Shown here piece by piece: positions 51,006 to 61,004 of a stretch of DNA of 64,000 nucleotides (position 1 is its first letter; each line of letters begins with the position of its first letter). Both the position numbers and the translations under genes were made by a program. The DNA comes from Candidatus Krumholzibacteriia bacterium (GTDB taxonomy: Bacteria > Krumholzibacteriota > Krumholzibacteriia > WVZY01), in assembly GCA_046754105.1 (NCBI GenBank), contig JBHHVD010000001.1, forward strand, positions 48,383 through 112,382. Direction: 5' to 3'. The notes under the pieces are model-generated. The model searched no databases and was not told where the DNA came from. It saw only the letters and a list, made by a program, of their open reading frames with translations.

Positions 51006-51761
51006 TCAGCGGGCGCTGTCGATCTTCACGATCTGGACGGTGACGTTGTCCTTGCCGCCCTTCTTGTTCGCCAGTTCTACCAGTTCCTTGCACGCTTTCC
51101 GGGGGGAATTCGCCTTGAGGATCGCCTCAACTTCGTCGTCGGTTACCATCGTAGTCAGGCCATCGGAGCACAGAAGAAAAACGTCACCGTCGGCGGTCTT
51201 GTAAGGAGACGACGGAAAATCCGTCGCGAGTTCCTCTTGCGTCCCCAGTGAGCGCGTGATGACGTTGCGCTTGGGATGATTTTGCGCGTCTTCGTCGGAC
51301 AGAATGCCGGACCGGACCATTTCGCCGACCAGCGAGTGATCTTCCGTCACCTGCTTCAGCTTGCCGCCCCTGAGCACGTACGCTCTCGAATCACCGACAT
51401 GCGCGAAGAAAGCGTCGCCCTGCTTGAGCACCATCGTCGTACATGTCGTACCCATTCCGAATAGCTCGACGTCGGCGATGGATTTCCGATGGATTACGTC
51501 GTTTGCCTTGATGAACGACTGGCGCAACGCCTCGATGGCGTCGTCCGATTCGCTTGCGTAGTACCAGGAGATAATCGTATCGACCGCCAATTTGCTGGCG
51601 ATCTCGCCGCCGCGGTGGCCTCCCATACCGTCCGCCACCACGTAGAGGGAACCTTTTTCCGCCTGCGCCGTCTCGCCGTTGGGCTCACATTTCCCCACGG
51701 CGTCTTCGTTGTTTTGCCGAACCTTGCCGTCATCCGTAAGTTCAAAAGAATCGAGCTTCAT
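51006..51761 (-). CDS. PP2C-type (Stp1/PrpC) Ser/Thr phosphatase
   Basis: RQNNED, VADGMGGH, MGTT, HVGDSRAY, LLCSDGL, GGKDNVT. Confidence 0.96.
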   Translation of the reverse strand: MKLDSFELTDDGKVRQNNEDAVGKCEPNGETAQAEKGSLYVVADGMGGHRGGEIASKLAVDTIISWYYASESDDAIEALRQSFIKANDVIHRKSIADVELFGMGTTCTTMVLKQGDAFFAHVGDSRAYVLRGGKLKQVTEDHSLVGEMVRSGILSDEDAQNHPKRNVITRSLGTQEELATDFPSSPYKTADGDVFLLCSDGLTTMVTDDEVEAILKANSPRKACKELVELANKKGGKDNVTVQIVKIDSAR

Positions 51762-52048
51762 TCGTCCCTTCCTGGACCCGCAACGTGTCTTGACCTTATC
51801 TTCGACTCGAAACCGAGTCAAGGGCAATGATTCGCGCCGTCCCGCAGCGCGCTGCCGCTTAAAAAATGCCAAAAACTTCTTCCTGGTGGAACAATCTGGC
51901 ATATTTTACGCAGAAGATCCACGGAGTTGGGGTCCTGACAACGGCGTCCGGCCGGTCGTACTGTCAACCCTGTCGATGGGAAAATTCGACCCGTTTTCGC
52001 GTAAGCCCAGAGAATGTCTTCAATTGGAGACTCCACCGGAGGATATTG

Positions 52049-53359
52049 ATGGACAAGAAGAACTCTCAGAGCACGGAAAAGCATCTTGCAAAATATCAGG
52101 AGCTTGTAGGAAAGCGCAAGACATTGCAAGCGCGCCTGGAGAGAATCAATGCGGAAAAGGGATCGGTCAAGGAAGCGATCTACGAAAAGGTCCGGGGCGA
52201 GTACGAGAAGCAGTTGGGCGAACTCGAGAACGAGATCCAACCCGTGAAAGATGAGGTAGACAAGACCCGCCGTATGATCAAGGACCAGCTGGCCAGGATC
52301 GACGAGGAAGTCGCCGCACTCGAAGATCAGCTGCAGGAATTCGATCTTCGCCACCGCGTGGGCGAGTTTGACGAGAATGAACTATCGAAGCTGCGGGATC
52401 CGGTCCACCGGCAATCGGACGAGCTATCCGAGAGAAGAAAGCACCTGGCGCAGACTCACCAGCAGTTGGACGACCCGGACGCGGCCCCGCCGGCCGAAAC
52501 GACGCGGACGGCCGCCGGCGAGGCACCCACTCCCGACGCCGCGGAACCGGTTTCGAAAGTGCCGCCCCCAGGTCCCGTCACCAGGCCGAGGCCACCGGCC
52601 CCGGTCACAGCGAAGGGTAAGCCACCGGCACCGGATACCGGCGAGCCGGCAGCCCCCACCGTTCCCCGGAAAGCACCGGCCCCATCGCCACAGCCCACGG
52701 CCGCGGCCGCTCCGCCACAACCGCCGGAAGCACCCGAAGCACCCACCGTTGACGCGCCCGAGATACCCGCTGCCTCACCACCACCCGCCGAGCCGGACGA
52801 CGGGCTCGTACTGTCCGGAGCCAAGCCCAGCAAGCGCGTGAACAAGATGCAGGGGCTCGTGGACACGAGCGAGTGGTCGAAGGAGTTTCAGGAAGAGACC
52901 CACAAAGGCGGCAAGGGCAGGCGCCACACCGATACGCCGGACGCGCCCACGGCCGCCACGGACGACGATCCGCTCGCGGCCCTCTCCGATTCGTCGGCCC
53001 CGGCCGGTCCCGCGGCGACCACCCGGGGAAAGAAGCGGGGGGGCGTCGGTACGCGGGAGAAGCCCAGGGGCTTTCCCGTCCTCATTATCACCAAGGGTCC
53101 CGGTGCGGGCAAGAAGCTGCCGCTAGTGCCGATGACAATGACCATCGGCCGCGAGCACGACAACAACATCGAGCTGAAAGACGAGGAAGTTTCCCGGTAC
53201 CACGCGAGAATCTCATACGAAAGCGGCGAATACGTAATAAAGGACCTCGACAGTTCCTCGGGGACTTGGGTCAATGAGGAGAGGATCGCGGAGGCAGCAC
53301 TCAACCAGGGAGACAGAATCCAGGTCGGCGCCACCGAACTGGTCATTGACTTTGAGTAG
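52049..53359 (+). CDS. Coiled-coil, Pro/Ala-rich linker, C-terminal FHA domain protein
   Basis: SD GGAGG; heptad-rich N-terminus; FHA (IGR, VSRYHA, DLDSSSGTWVN, GDRIQVG). Confidence 0.9.
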   Translation: MDKKNSQSTEKHLAKYQELVGKRKTLQARLERINAEKGSVKEAIYEKVRGEYEKQLGELENEIQPVKDEVDKTRRMIKDQLARIDEEVAALEDQLQEFDLRHRVGEFDENELSKLRDPVHRQSDELSERRKHLAQTHQQLDDPDAAPPAETTRTAAGEAPTPDAAEPVSKVPPPGPVTRPRPPAPVTAKGKPPAPDTGEPAAPTVPRKAPAPSPQPTAAAAPPQPPEAPEAPTVDAPEIPAASPPPAEPDDGLVLSGAKPSKRVNKMQGLVDTSEWSKEFQEETHKGGKGRRHTDTPDAPTAATDDDPLAALSDSSAPAGPAATTRGKKRGGVGTREKPRGFPVLIITKGPGAGKKLPLVPMTMTIGREHDNNIELKDEEVSRYHARISYESGEYVIKDLDSSSGTWVNEERIAEAALNQGDRIQVGATELVIDFE

Positions 53360-53376
53360 CCGGCGCCGCTGGAGCG

Positions 53377-54240
53377 CTAGACCCGCTCGACGGAATTGGC
53401 GGATACCCACCCCGAGAGCCCTCCCGGCAGCTGAATCCTCACCCAACCACGACGCGCCTCTCCCACCGTTACCATTGTTCCTTCGTGAATCTTGAACCGC
53501 AGGGTCGCGTCCTCCGTCGGGCTGCCGAATACAGGTATCTCGCGGGCCAACACTACTGCGTCAGGGCGGCGCATTTCCTCCTGCAGCTTGAGATACGAAG
53601 AAAAGCCCGTCGTCGCCACCAGGATCACCAGTAACGCGATGGCCGCGAGCAGTTCCTGGGTTAGTGTCAGACCGAACAATCTTCCCGGCGAAATGACGGA
53701 CAGCCTGTGATGTACGATCGTGACAAACCGCGTCTCGCGAAAAATGAAAACCACGGCCAGAGTGCACAACAGCAGGTAGGCCAGCGATGCAAAAGACAAC
53801 ATCTCGGCGGTTCGCAGGTTGTCGTGAAACCAGATCATTCGCTGCGCCAGGCGACTCTTGTTCTCGACGAACTGCTTGTCTTTGAGTTGGGTCCTGACCA
53901 GAGTCAGGTTTTCTCTCACGTCCGGATCGCGCGGCGACAGCCGCGCCGACCTCTCGTAGAACAGCACGGCCCTGCCCAGATCGTTGGTCTTGTAATAAGC
54001 GTTACCCAGGTTGTAATAGAGCGTTTCATCCACGACGCCGCCGTCCATTACTCCGGTGTACGCTTCTATCGCGCCGGCATAGTCCCCCGACTCGTACAGC
54101 GCGTTCGCCCTCGCGAAGAGCGCCCGCGCCGATTCCGCCGCCACCGGCTCCTCGGCGCGCGCACGCCGTGGTCCCCCTCCTGCCGCATACGCGATCAAGA
54201 GTAGCGCGGTGACAAGCCCGAAGCGGCGCATGATCCTCAC
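53377..54240 (-). CDS. batE: BatE-like TPR + SH3 protein
   Basis: ANALYESGDY, LYYNLGNAYYK, IHEGTMV, GWV; last gene of bat operon. Confidence 0.85.
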   Translation of the reverse strand: MRIMRRFGLVTALLLIAYAAGGGPRRARAEEPVAAESARALFARANALYESGDYAGAIEAYTGVMDGGVVDETLYYNLGNAYYKTNDLGRAVLFYERSARLSPRDPDVRENLTLVRTQLKDKQFVENKSRLAQRMIWFHDNLRTAEMLSFASLAYLLLCTLAVVFIFRETRFVTIVHHRLSVISPGRLFGLTLTQELLAAIALLVILVATTGFSSYLKLQEEMRRPDAVVLAREIPVFGSPTEDATLRFKIHEGTMVTVGEARRGWVRIQLPGGLSGWVSANSVERV

Positions 54241-56060
54241 GAAAGGTACCTCTTCTCTAGGTGTTTCATTATGGCCGCCGCTTCGCGAACCATCTCCGCA
54301 ACTCCGGCGGCTCCGTCCGACGGCGAGTACTGGACGCTATCACATGCTCTGAGTACCGCACCGAACCGCTCCCGCTCCTTCGCGTCCGTTCCACACTCCA
54401 GGAGAAAGCGGTCGAGGTCCGGGAAAGTGAGTCCCGATGCCGCCAGATTCATTTTGTCGGCAACGTATTCGCGGAGCGCACCCGAGATCATGCCGCACGC
54501 TTCTTCCGTGCGGCCTTTGCCGTCCAATTCGGCTGCCTTCTTGAGTTTTCTGGAGGCTTCCCGTGCCGCGCGGCTGGACCGGGCCAGCGAGACGTCGTCC
54601 CGCCATCGCCTGCGCCTCCGTTCGAAGGCGAGAGAAACGAGAACGGCCAGCAGCGGGAAGACATGAAGAGCCGCAAAGAGGCCACTGCGGTAGAAACCCC
54701 TGGCCGCTGACGACAACGTCGCGGGAACCGGGTGAATAAAGTTGATGTCCTTGCCGAGTACCTCGATGTCCTCGCCAGAGCCGGCAAAAATAACCTGCCG
54801 CCCCCCTTCCTGCTGCTCGGCCGGTTTAATCTCCATCGATATCGACGCTGACCGGATACTCTTGTACTCCTTTGCGATGGGGTCGAAGTAGGACAATCTC
54901 ACGGGCGGAATGACGGCCTGCCCCTCGTTCCGGGGAACGAGAACGAAGTTCGACTGTTTTCTCCCTGCGACGACGTAGTCTCGTTTGAAAAGGTCGGCGC
55001 TGGAACCGGACTCGTAGATCTTGAACCCGTCGATCTGCGGGAGAACGGGAGCCGCCATGGTCTTGAAATTTCCCTCGCCGCTGACCTCGAGTGTCACGTT
55101 GACCGGCTCGCCGGCCCGAATCACCTGTTTGTCGGCACGGAGCGATATCTCGAGGTTGCGCCCCACCAGACCCGAGAAGTCGGCCGGCTTGCCCTCGACG
55201 GGCAACGGCAGCACGACGATCGGTATTTCGTCCGTCGAAAGCCGCCTGGCGTCGCCGAAACCGAAGGACGAGAACGGTCTCCGGAAGAAATCGTCGAAGG
55301 AACGCGCCGCAAAATCGTCGACCACGACGTCCACCCGCGCCGGTCCTATCGTGTACGTGCCCGGCACGGTTGGAAAGAACCCGCGCTTGATTTCGTTGAT
55401 CAGATACTTCCGGCCGCCGATCATCTTGTAGTAGTTTTTCTGCGGGGGCAAGTCTTCCGCCCAGAAACCTTCGGCCGACGGTGCCGAGTAATAGGGACTC
55501 TTCGACAAATCGAGGCGGCCATCGGTGTAAAACCCCAGCGTCCAGGTGACCTGCTGGCTTACGTAGACGGTGTCCCGGTCCACCCGTGCTCTGATGAAAA
55601 TATGTGCGTCATCGCTGACCTGCTCCGGTTGTCCACCCGGCGTATCGGGCGGTGGCAGTTGGCTCGAAGATGCCACGACTTCGATGCTTACCGGATCGGC
55701 GGTATAGACCTTACTACCGACCTTGAAGCGAATGGGGGCGATCGTGTAATGACCTTCCTTACGGGGCACAACCACGTACGTAAACTTGAGCGAAGAGCTT
55801 CTCTGGCCGTTGGAAATGCTGAAGCTCTGCGACGTGCCTGCCTGGTAGACCGAGAACTCGTCGAGCACGGGAAGCTCCGGCTGGGACGAGCGGCGAAACT
55901 TGCCCTGAACCGCGACGACCAGCGTGGCCTCGCTGCCAACGGGAACGACGGAAGGTTCGAGCACCGCGGTGATAGTCACGTCTTCGGCCACCGCCGGACC
56001 GGCCCCCAGCACCGCGGCCATGATGAAAACCACCACCAGCCATCTTGTCAAAGGTCTCAC
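54237..56060 (-). CDS. batD: BatD family protein
   Basis: Signal peptide; Ig-like repeats; LPLP..GKPADFSG, SGEGNF, YFDP; C-terminal TM. Confidence 0.88.
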   Translation of the reverse strand: MRPLTRWLVVVFIMAAVLGAGPAVAEDVTITAVLEPSVVPVGSEATLVVAVQGKFRRSSQPELPVLDEFSVYQAGTSQSFSISNGQRSSSLKFTYVVVPRKEGHYTIAPIRFKVGSKVYTADPVSIEVVASSSQLPPPDTPGGQPEQVSDDAHIFIRARVDRDTVYVSQQVTWTLGFYTDGRLDLSKSPYYSAPSAEGFWAEDLPPQKNYYKMIGGRKYLINEIKRGFFPTVPGTYTIGPARVDVVVDDFAARSFDDFFRRPFSSFGFGDARRLSTDEIPIVVLPLPVEGKPADFSGLVGRNLEISLRADKQVIRAGEPVNVTLEVSGEGNFKTMAAPVLPQIDGFKIYESGSSADLFKRDYVVAGRKQSNFVLVPRNEGQAVIPPVRLSYFDPIAKEYKSIRSASISMEIKPAEQQEGGRQVIFAGSGEDIEVLGKDINFIHPVPATLSSAARGFYRSGLFAALHVFPLLAVLVSLAFERRRRRWRDDVSLARSSRAAREASRKLKKAAELDGKGRTEEACGMISGALREYVADKMNLAASGLTFPDLDRFLLECGTDAKERERFGAVLRACDSVQYSPSDGAAGVAEMVREAAAIMKHLEKRYLS

Positions 56061-57892
56061 CAGTCCTTTCCTGAACGGCTGACGCGCTTGAACGCAGCCT
56101 TGCGTTTTGCCTTCTGCAGTTCCTTCTCCTGCTCTTCGAGCAGCTTCAGGATCCGAAGCGCGTCTTCCCGGGTGAGCTTGATGCTCCGGGCTTGTTGTTG
56201 CTGCGGGTCGGTCTGGGCTGAATCGGATTCAGACGGGGACGGCGCTTGCGACGAGTCAGGCTGTTCTTCATTCGCGTCCGGTTGCTGCTGTTGGTCCTGG
56301 TCGGAACCCTGTTGCCCCTCCTGCGACTCCCGGTCCTTGTCGCGGTCGCCAGGCTTCTGGTCGCTCTGGTCCTGGTTCTGGTCCTGCGATTTGTTCTGTT
56401 GATCCTGTTTGTTTTGCTGCTGCTGTTGCTGGTTCTGTTGCTGCTGCTTCAGGGCCAGCTCGAGATTGTGTCGTGCGTCCCGGTCGTCCGGCAGGTACTG
56501 CAGCGTCCGGAGGTAGGATTCAATCGCCTCGCCGAGCTTGCCCATGCGCGCGAGCGTATTGCCGCGGTTGTAGAATACGCGCCCGGCGCTGAGGCTATCC
56601 TCCGTAAAACTTCTGTTGTATCGATTCAAGGCGTCTTCGTACTTGCCCATCATGTGCAGCGCGTTGCCCTGGTTATAGAGCACACCCTCCGCTCTCTTTG
56701 GCAGTGTCGTCGTATCGCCCATAGCCTCTCGATACAGAAGCAGCGCTTTCTGGTACTCACCGGCATCGTAGTATTCGTTCCCCGCCTTGACCCGGCCACG
56801 GTCGATGCTTCCCGCACACGCCGCGCCGGGAAGGAACGCCACGAGCACAATGGCACCCATGATCCCCGTGTGCAGGGGTCTGCGGCGGTTCCTCATCGAT
56901 CCGCGCCGGGAGACGACCGTCTCCAACCCCAGCAACAGGAACGCCGCGGCAAGAAACCAGGTAAAGCGATCACTTTTGCGCTCCACGAATTCGCCCTCTA
57001 TCGTTGTCTTCTGCATACCCGAAATCTCGCGATAAAGAACCTTCAGTTCGAGTCCCTGCCGGGTGGCCGGCAGGAATTTTCCACCGCTGGCGTCGGATAC
57101 GAGGCGGAGCGTCTTTTCATCGAGCCTCGTGAGTACCGTTTCTCCCGTCTTGTCCTTCTTGTACCCCGCGACGGATCCGTCCGTTCCCCTCAGGGGTATC
57201 AACTCGCCAGCCGGATTGCCGATGCCAATCGTGTATATACGAATACTTTTGTCGTTCGCGCGGCGGGCGGATGCGACCGGGTCGCCGGCATGGCCCTCTC
57301 CATCCGTTACGAGGATGACCACCCGATCGCTCTTCGCCTTCTCCGCAAACAGCGCTATGCTCGTATCGATCGCCTTGTCCAGAGCCGTGCCCGGTTGCGA
57401 GATAATATCGACGTCCGCCGTCTGCACAAACATTAGCGCGGCGTCGTAGTCGACGGTAAGCGGGCAAAGGACGAAGGCCTCTCCCGCGAACGCGACCAGG
57501 CCTACACGATCGCCTTTGAGTCCCCGGATCAGATCCACGATTTCCTGCTTGGCGCGCTCCAGGCGGTTGGGTTTCATGTCCTCCGCCATCATGCTGAGCG
57601 AAGTATCGAGCGCGATAACGAGGTCGATTCCTTCTCGCTCCAGCTTGACCAACTGCTTGCCAAACTGCGGGCGAGCCAGCGCGAGCACCAGCAGTGCAAA
57701 GCCCGTGATCTTCAGGATGCTCTTGAGGAGTGTTTTTCGCCAGCTCGCCCCCGGGGCCAGCGAATCCCTCAGATGCGGACCGGCAAAACGCAGGAGTTCC
57801 TTGCGCCGCCGCCGCGCCCCATAGATAAGAAGCCACGCGAGAAATGGCACCGCGTACAAGGCACTCAACCATTCTGGATCTGCAAATTCCAT
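56057..57892 (-). CDS. batB: BatB-BatC fusion (vWA + TPR + Gln-rich tail)
   Basis: LARPQFG, DTSLSM MIDAS, PNRLERAK, CPLTVD; TPRs; Q-rich linker; ends KDW. Confidence 0.88.
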   Translation of the reverse strand: MEFADPEWLSALYAVPFLAWLLIYGARRRRKELLRFAGPHLRDSLAPGASWRKTLLKSILKITGFALLVLALARPQFGKQLVKLEREGIDLVIALDTSLSMMAEDMKPNRLERAKQEIVDLIRGLKGDRVGLVAFAGEAFVLCPLTVDYDAALMFVQTADVDIISQPGTALDKAIDTSIALFAEKAKSDRVVILVTDGEGHAGDPVASARRANDKSIRIYTIGIGNPAGELIPLRGTDGSVAGYKKDKTGETVLTRLDEKTLRLVSDASGGKFLPATRQGLELKVLYREISGMQKTTIEGEFVERKSDRFTWFLAAAFLLLGLETVVSRRGSMRNRRRPLHTGIMGAIVLVAFLPGAACAGSIDRGRVKAGNEYYDAGEYQKALLLYREAMGDTTTLPKRAEGVLYNQGNALHMMGKYEDALNRYNRSFTEDSLSAGRVFYNRGNTLARMGKLGEAIESYLRTLQYLPDDRDARHNLELALKQQQQNQQQQQQNKQDQQNKSQDQNQDQSDQKPGDRDKDRESQEGQQGSDQDQQQQPDANEEQPDSSQAPSPSESDSAQTDPQQQQARSIKLTREDALRILKLLEEQEKELQKAKRKAAFKRVSRSGKDW

Positions 57893-57994
57893 CGTCGTTC
57901 CTCGATGCCTTCTTCCAGGTCACCCCGGCGCCCGGTTGCGGTTTCCGGATTCCCGCCGCGGGCGTGCGGGTCGCCGGCAAGCCCGCCGGCCGTG

Positions 57995-58981
57995 TCAGGG
58001 GATCCTGCGCAAGACGCTTTCGTCCAACCCCATCCGCAGCAGCAACAAGGCGAGCGCGGGCAGCACGAAGTAAGCAAAACGATCCGTGTAACTGGTGAAC
58101 GTCTTCGACTCGATCTTGGTCTTCTCCAGTTCATCGATCCGATCGTATATCTCGGCCAATTCCCGCGCGGCTGTCGCGTGAAAGTATTCGCCGTCGGTAA
58201 GCTGTGCGATCTCTTTCAGTGTATCTTCGTCGAGTTCCATCTCCATCGGCACCGTGCGTCTTCCGAACAGCGGATCGTCGACGGGGACCGGCACCGGTCC
58301 CCGGGTCCCGACGCCGACGGTGTACACCTTGATGCCCAGCGACTGCGCCACCTCGGCCGCCGTTACCGGCGCGATGATCCCCATATTGTTGCGTCCGTCC
58401 GTGAGCAGAATGACGACCCGGCTCTTGGCCTTGCTGTCCTTGAGTCGGTTGCACGCCGTCGCCAGCGCCGTTCCGATCGCGGTGCCGTCTTCCAGCATAC
58501 CGAACTCGACGCGGTCGACGAGATCCTGGAGGATGTCGTAGTCGAGGGTCAGGGGGCACTGCGTGATCGACTGCGCCGCAAAAACCACCAGGCCGATACG
58601 ATCGTTCTTGCGCTGCGTGATGAACTTCTTGACGACCTCCTTGGCCACGTGCAGCCGGTTCCTTGGCTTGAAGTCCTGGGCCTGCATGCTGCTGCTCGTG
58701 TCCAGCAGCAGCACGATGTCGATCCCTTCGGACTCGATCGTGCCCCCCGTGCGGCGGTTCTGCGGCCCCGCGACCCCGGCGACGATCAGTACCAGAGCCA
58801 GTATGCCGAGCACCGGCACCAGCCACCTCTTCCACGCCGACGCGGTCATACCCGCCGCCTCTATCAGGTCCAGTGACGAGTAGGCCACGCTGCGCCCCCG
58901 GTTCCTGCCGCGAAGAACCAGGCAGGCCGCCGGTATCAACAGCAGCAAAAACAACGCCTGAGGATGGGCAAAACGAAACAT
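57995..58981 (-). CDS. batA: BatA vWA-domain protein
   Basis: FRFAHP, DTSSSM, DRIGLVVF, GTAIG, LLTDGRNN, YTVGVG, IDELEK. Confidence 0.92.
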   Translation of the reverse strand: MFRFAHPQALFLLLLIPAACLVLRGRNRGRSVAYSSLDLIEAAGMTASAWKRWLVPVLGILALVLIVAGVAGPQNRRTGGTIESEGIDIVLLLDTSSSMQAQDFKPRNRLHVAKEVVKKFITQRKNDRIGLVVFAAQSITQCPLTLDYDILQDLVDRVEFGMLEDGTAIGTALATACNRLKDSKAKSRVVILLTDGRNNMGIIAPVTAAEVAQSLGIKVYTVGVGTRGPVPVPVDDPLFGRRTVPMEMELDEDTLKEIAQLTDGEYFHATAARELAEIYDRIDELEKTKIESKTFTSYTDRFAYFVLPALALLLLRMGLDESVLRRIP

Positions 58982-58990
58982 CCCTGCTCC

Positions 58991-60076
58991 TTATTCATGC
59001 CGGGGCGGCCCGGCGCTCTTTCCCGGATCGGATTCCGCGATCCCCGCGTTCGGATAGACCGCTGGCTCCGCCGCCTGCGGCGCCACCGCCGTTTGCACGA
59101 TGATCTCGCGCGCGCGGTCCATCGCGGTCCTGCCGGCGACGGCGTCCGGCTCGAACTTCGCGAACTTGACGAGATCCGCCTCTTGCAAGAGCGGCTCCAG
59201 ATCGTCCACGTGCACGCGGACGATGTCGAGATCGGACAGGATCTCGCTTGTCGTGCGGTCCATCGCGAGTACGCCGAACCGCCGCTCCAGGTAGTGCCGG
59301 ACCGCATCGACCACCAGCGTGTAGTATCGCTTGAACTCGCCCGCCTCGAGGAGTTGCATCTTCTCGATTCGAGCGAGGGCTTCCATGGCGGCTATGTCGG
59401 CCGGTATCTCCGGCTCCGGCGGTGCTCCCCGGGCCGGGCGCCGGCGGCGCCGCAACAGATACACCGCCAGAGTTGCCAGCACCAGGGCCGCCGCCGCAAC
59501 GTAGAAATAAAAGTAGCTCCGCGGCGCCCGCCACTGCGGTTTGAGCGGCTGTGGCACATCCCGCTCTCCGGTCATTTCGCGTACGGGCACGAACACCTCT
59601 TCGCCGTACGCGACCAGTGTGTCGCCACCCGGGGTCAGAAAATGAAATGCCGCCTCGGGCACCCGAGCCGCCTCGAGATCGACCGCCATCACGGTGAGAC
59701 GGGCCTCCTTGACCCGTCTTCCCTTCTCCTTGTCGTTTCGCCACGCGAGAGATACCAGGCGGCAAGTTCCCGTATCGAAGGACTCCGGCGGCAGCAGGAC
59801 CAGCGACTCCGGATAGGATGCCCTGTACCGAACGTGGAGGCGCTCTCCAACGGTCACCGAATCCGCCGTTACCCGCGTGTCTATATGTATGCCGCCCGCG
59901 GCAGGCCCCGCCGCACGCCCCACACCAGCGACCGCCGGGGGCCCCGCTGCCCATCCCGCCGCGCAGGCGACGAGCGCCGCCGTGACCGTCATCGCGGCCC
60001 GGACCCTTGTGGGAAGCGACCCACCCACCCCGAGACTGGCATGCGGATCCGGTACAAAACGTGCCACGATCGTCAT
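58991..60076 (-). CDS. Bat-operon membrane protein (between DUF58 and BatA)
   Basis: ATGA overlap with DUF58; TM; RHYLERRFG, TTSEIL, ADLVKFAK. Confidence 0.8.
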   Translation of the reverse strand: MTIVARFVPDPHASLGVGGSLPTRVRAAMTVTAALVACAAGWAAGPPAVAGVGRAAGPAAGGIHIDTRVTADSVTVGERLHVRYRASYPESLVLLPPESFDTGTCRLVSLAWRNDKEKGRRVKEARLTVMAVDLEAARVPEAAFHFLTPGGDTLVAYGEEVFVPVREMTGERDVPQPLKPQWRAPRSYFYFYVAAAALVLATLAVYLLRRRRRPARGAPPEPEIPADIAAMEALARIEKMQLLEAGEFKRYYTLVVDAVRHYLERRFGVLAMDRTTSEILSDLDIVRVHVDDLEPLLQEADLVKFAKFEPDAVAGRTAMDRAREIIVQTAVAPQAAEPAVYPNAGIAESDPGKSAGPPRHE

Positions 60077-60981
60077 CTCCGTTTCGCCCGCGAGCGAAAG
60101 AATACGCTGAGCGGCTGGATGAAATCGGAACCGGTGTCGATCTCGATGTGATCGATTCCGTAACGCTTGAAGAGCGCCTCCCGTTGACCGTCGCGCTCGG
60201 CGAGCAGCCGCTGGTAGCGCTCGCGCGCCCGCCGGCTGCCGAGATCCACGGTACGCTCCACGCCGCGCTCCTGGTCCCACATTCGTACCAGGCGCGCTCC
60301 TTCGAGGTCCGCCTCGCGGTGATCGCCGATCTTGACCGCTACCAGATCGAACTTGCTGGCGGCCATGGCCAGCGATCTCGAATAGTCACCGGATAGAAAG
60401 TCGCTCAACAGGAACACAATCGCCCTCCGCCGCGTCACGCGCAGCAGGTAGTCCAGGGCGCTACCGATATCGGTGCCTCGCCCCTTCGGCTGGTGGAAGA
60501 GAATGTTGCGGATGACGTGCAGGACGTGCCGGCGCCCTTTGTCCGGCGGAATGTATTCCTCGACGTCGTCGGAGAACATGATCGCCCCGACCTTGTCGTT
60601 GTTCTGTATGGCACTGAAGGCGAGCAGCGCGCAAATCTCGGCCGCCGTGTCGGTCTTGGTCTTGTCGACCGTCCCGAACCGCCCGGAGGCGCTGACATCG
60701 AGGAGAAAGAGAACGACCAGCTCGCGTTCCTCGACGAAACGCTTGATGTACGGAACGCCCATGCGGGCGGTCACGTTCCAATCGATCGAGCGCACGTCAT
60801 CCCCGGGCTGGTACTCACGGACCTCGTCGAACTCCATTCCCTGTCCCTTGAACACACTGTGGTATTCCCCGGAGAAAAGATCGTTCACCATTCGTCTGGT
60901 AACGATCTCGATGCGCCGGATCTTCTTGAACAACTCCGACGGGTCGCGCTCGCCCGGCATATGCACTGAATCGTCCGCCAT
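60073..60981 (-). CDS. DUF58 domain protein
   Basis: GEYHSVFKGQGMEFDEVREYQPGDDVRSIDWNVTAR, LDVSAS, LSDF. Confidence 0.95.
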   Translation of the reverse strand: MADDSVHMPGERDPSELFKKIRRIEIVTRRMVNDLFSGEYHSVFKGQGMEFDEVREYQPGDDVRSIDWNVTARMGVPYIKRFVEERELVVLFLLDVSASGRFGTVDKTKTDTAAEICALLAFSAIQNNDKVGAIMFSDDVEEYIPPDKGRRHVLHVIRNILFHQPKGRGTDIGSALDYLLRVTRRRAIVFLLSDFLSGDYSRSLAMAASKFDLVAVKIGDHREADLEGARLVRMWDQERGVERTVDLGSRRARERYQRLLAERDGQREALFKRYGIDHIEIDTGSDFIQPLSVFFRSRAKRR

Positions 60982-61004
60982 CGTTAAGGCTCCCGTTGCA
61001 CCGG

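Noticed and set aside
52480..52800. Repetitive C-rich tract
   Set aside because: Pro/Ala linker of the FHA protein, not a DNA repeat element.
47711..53359. Type VI secretion regulatory module (PpkA/PppA/Fha)
   Set aside because: No tssB/C, hcp, vgrG, clpV or tssM in the window.
56190..56450. CTG/TTG-rich repeats
   Set aside because: Encode the Gln-rich BatC linker; no repeat-spacer structure.
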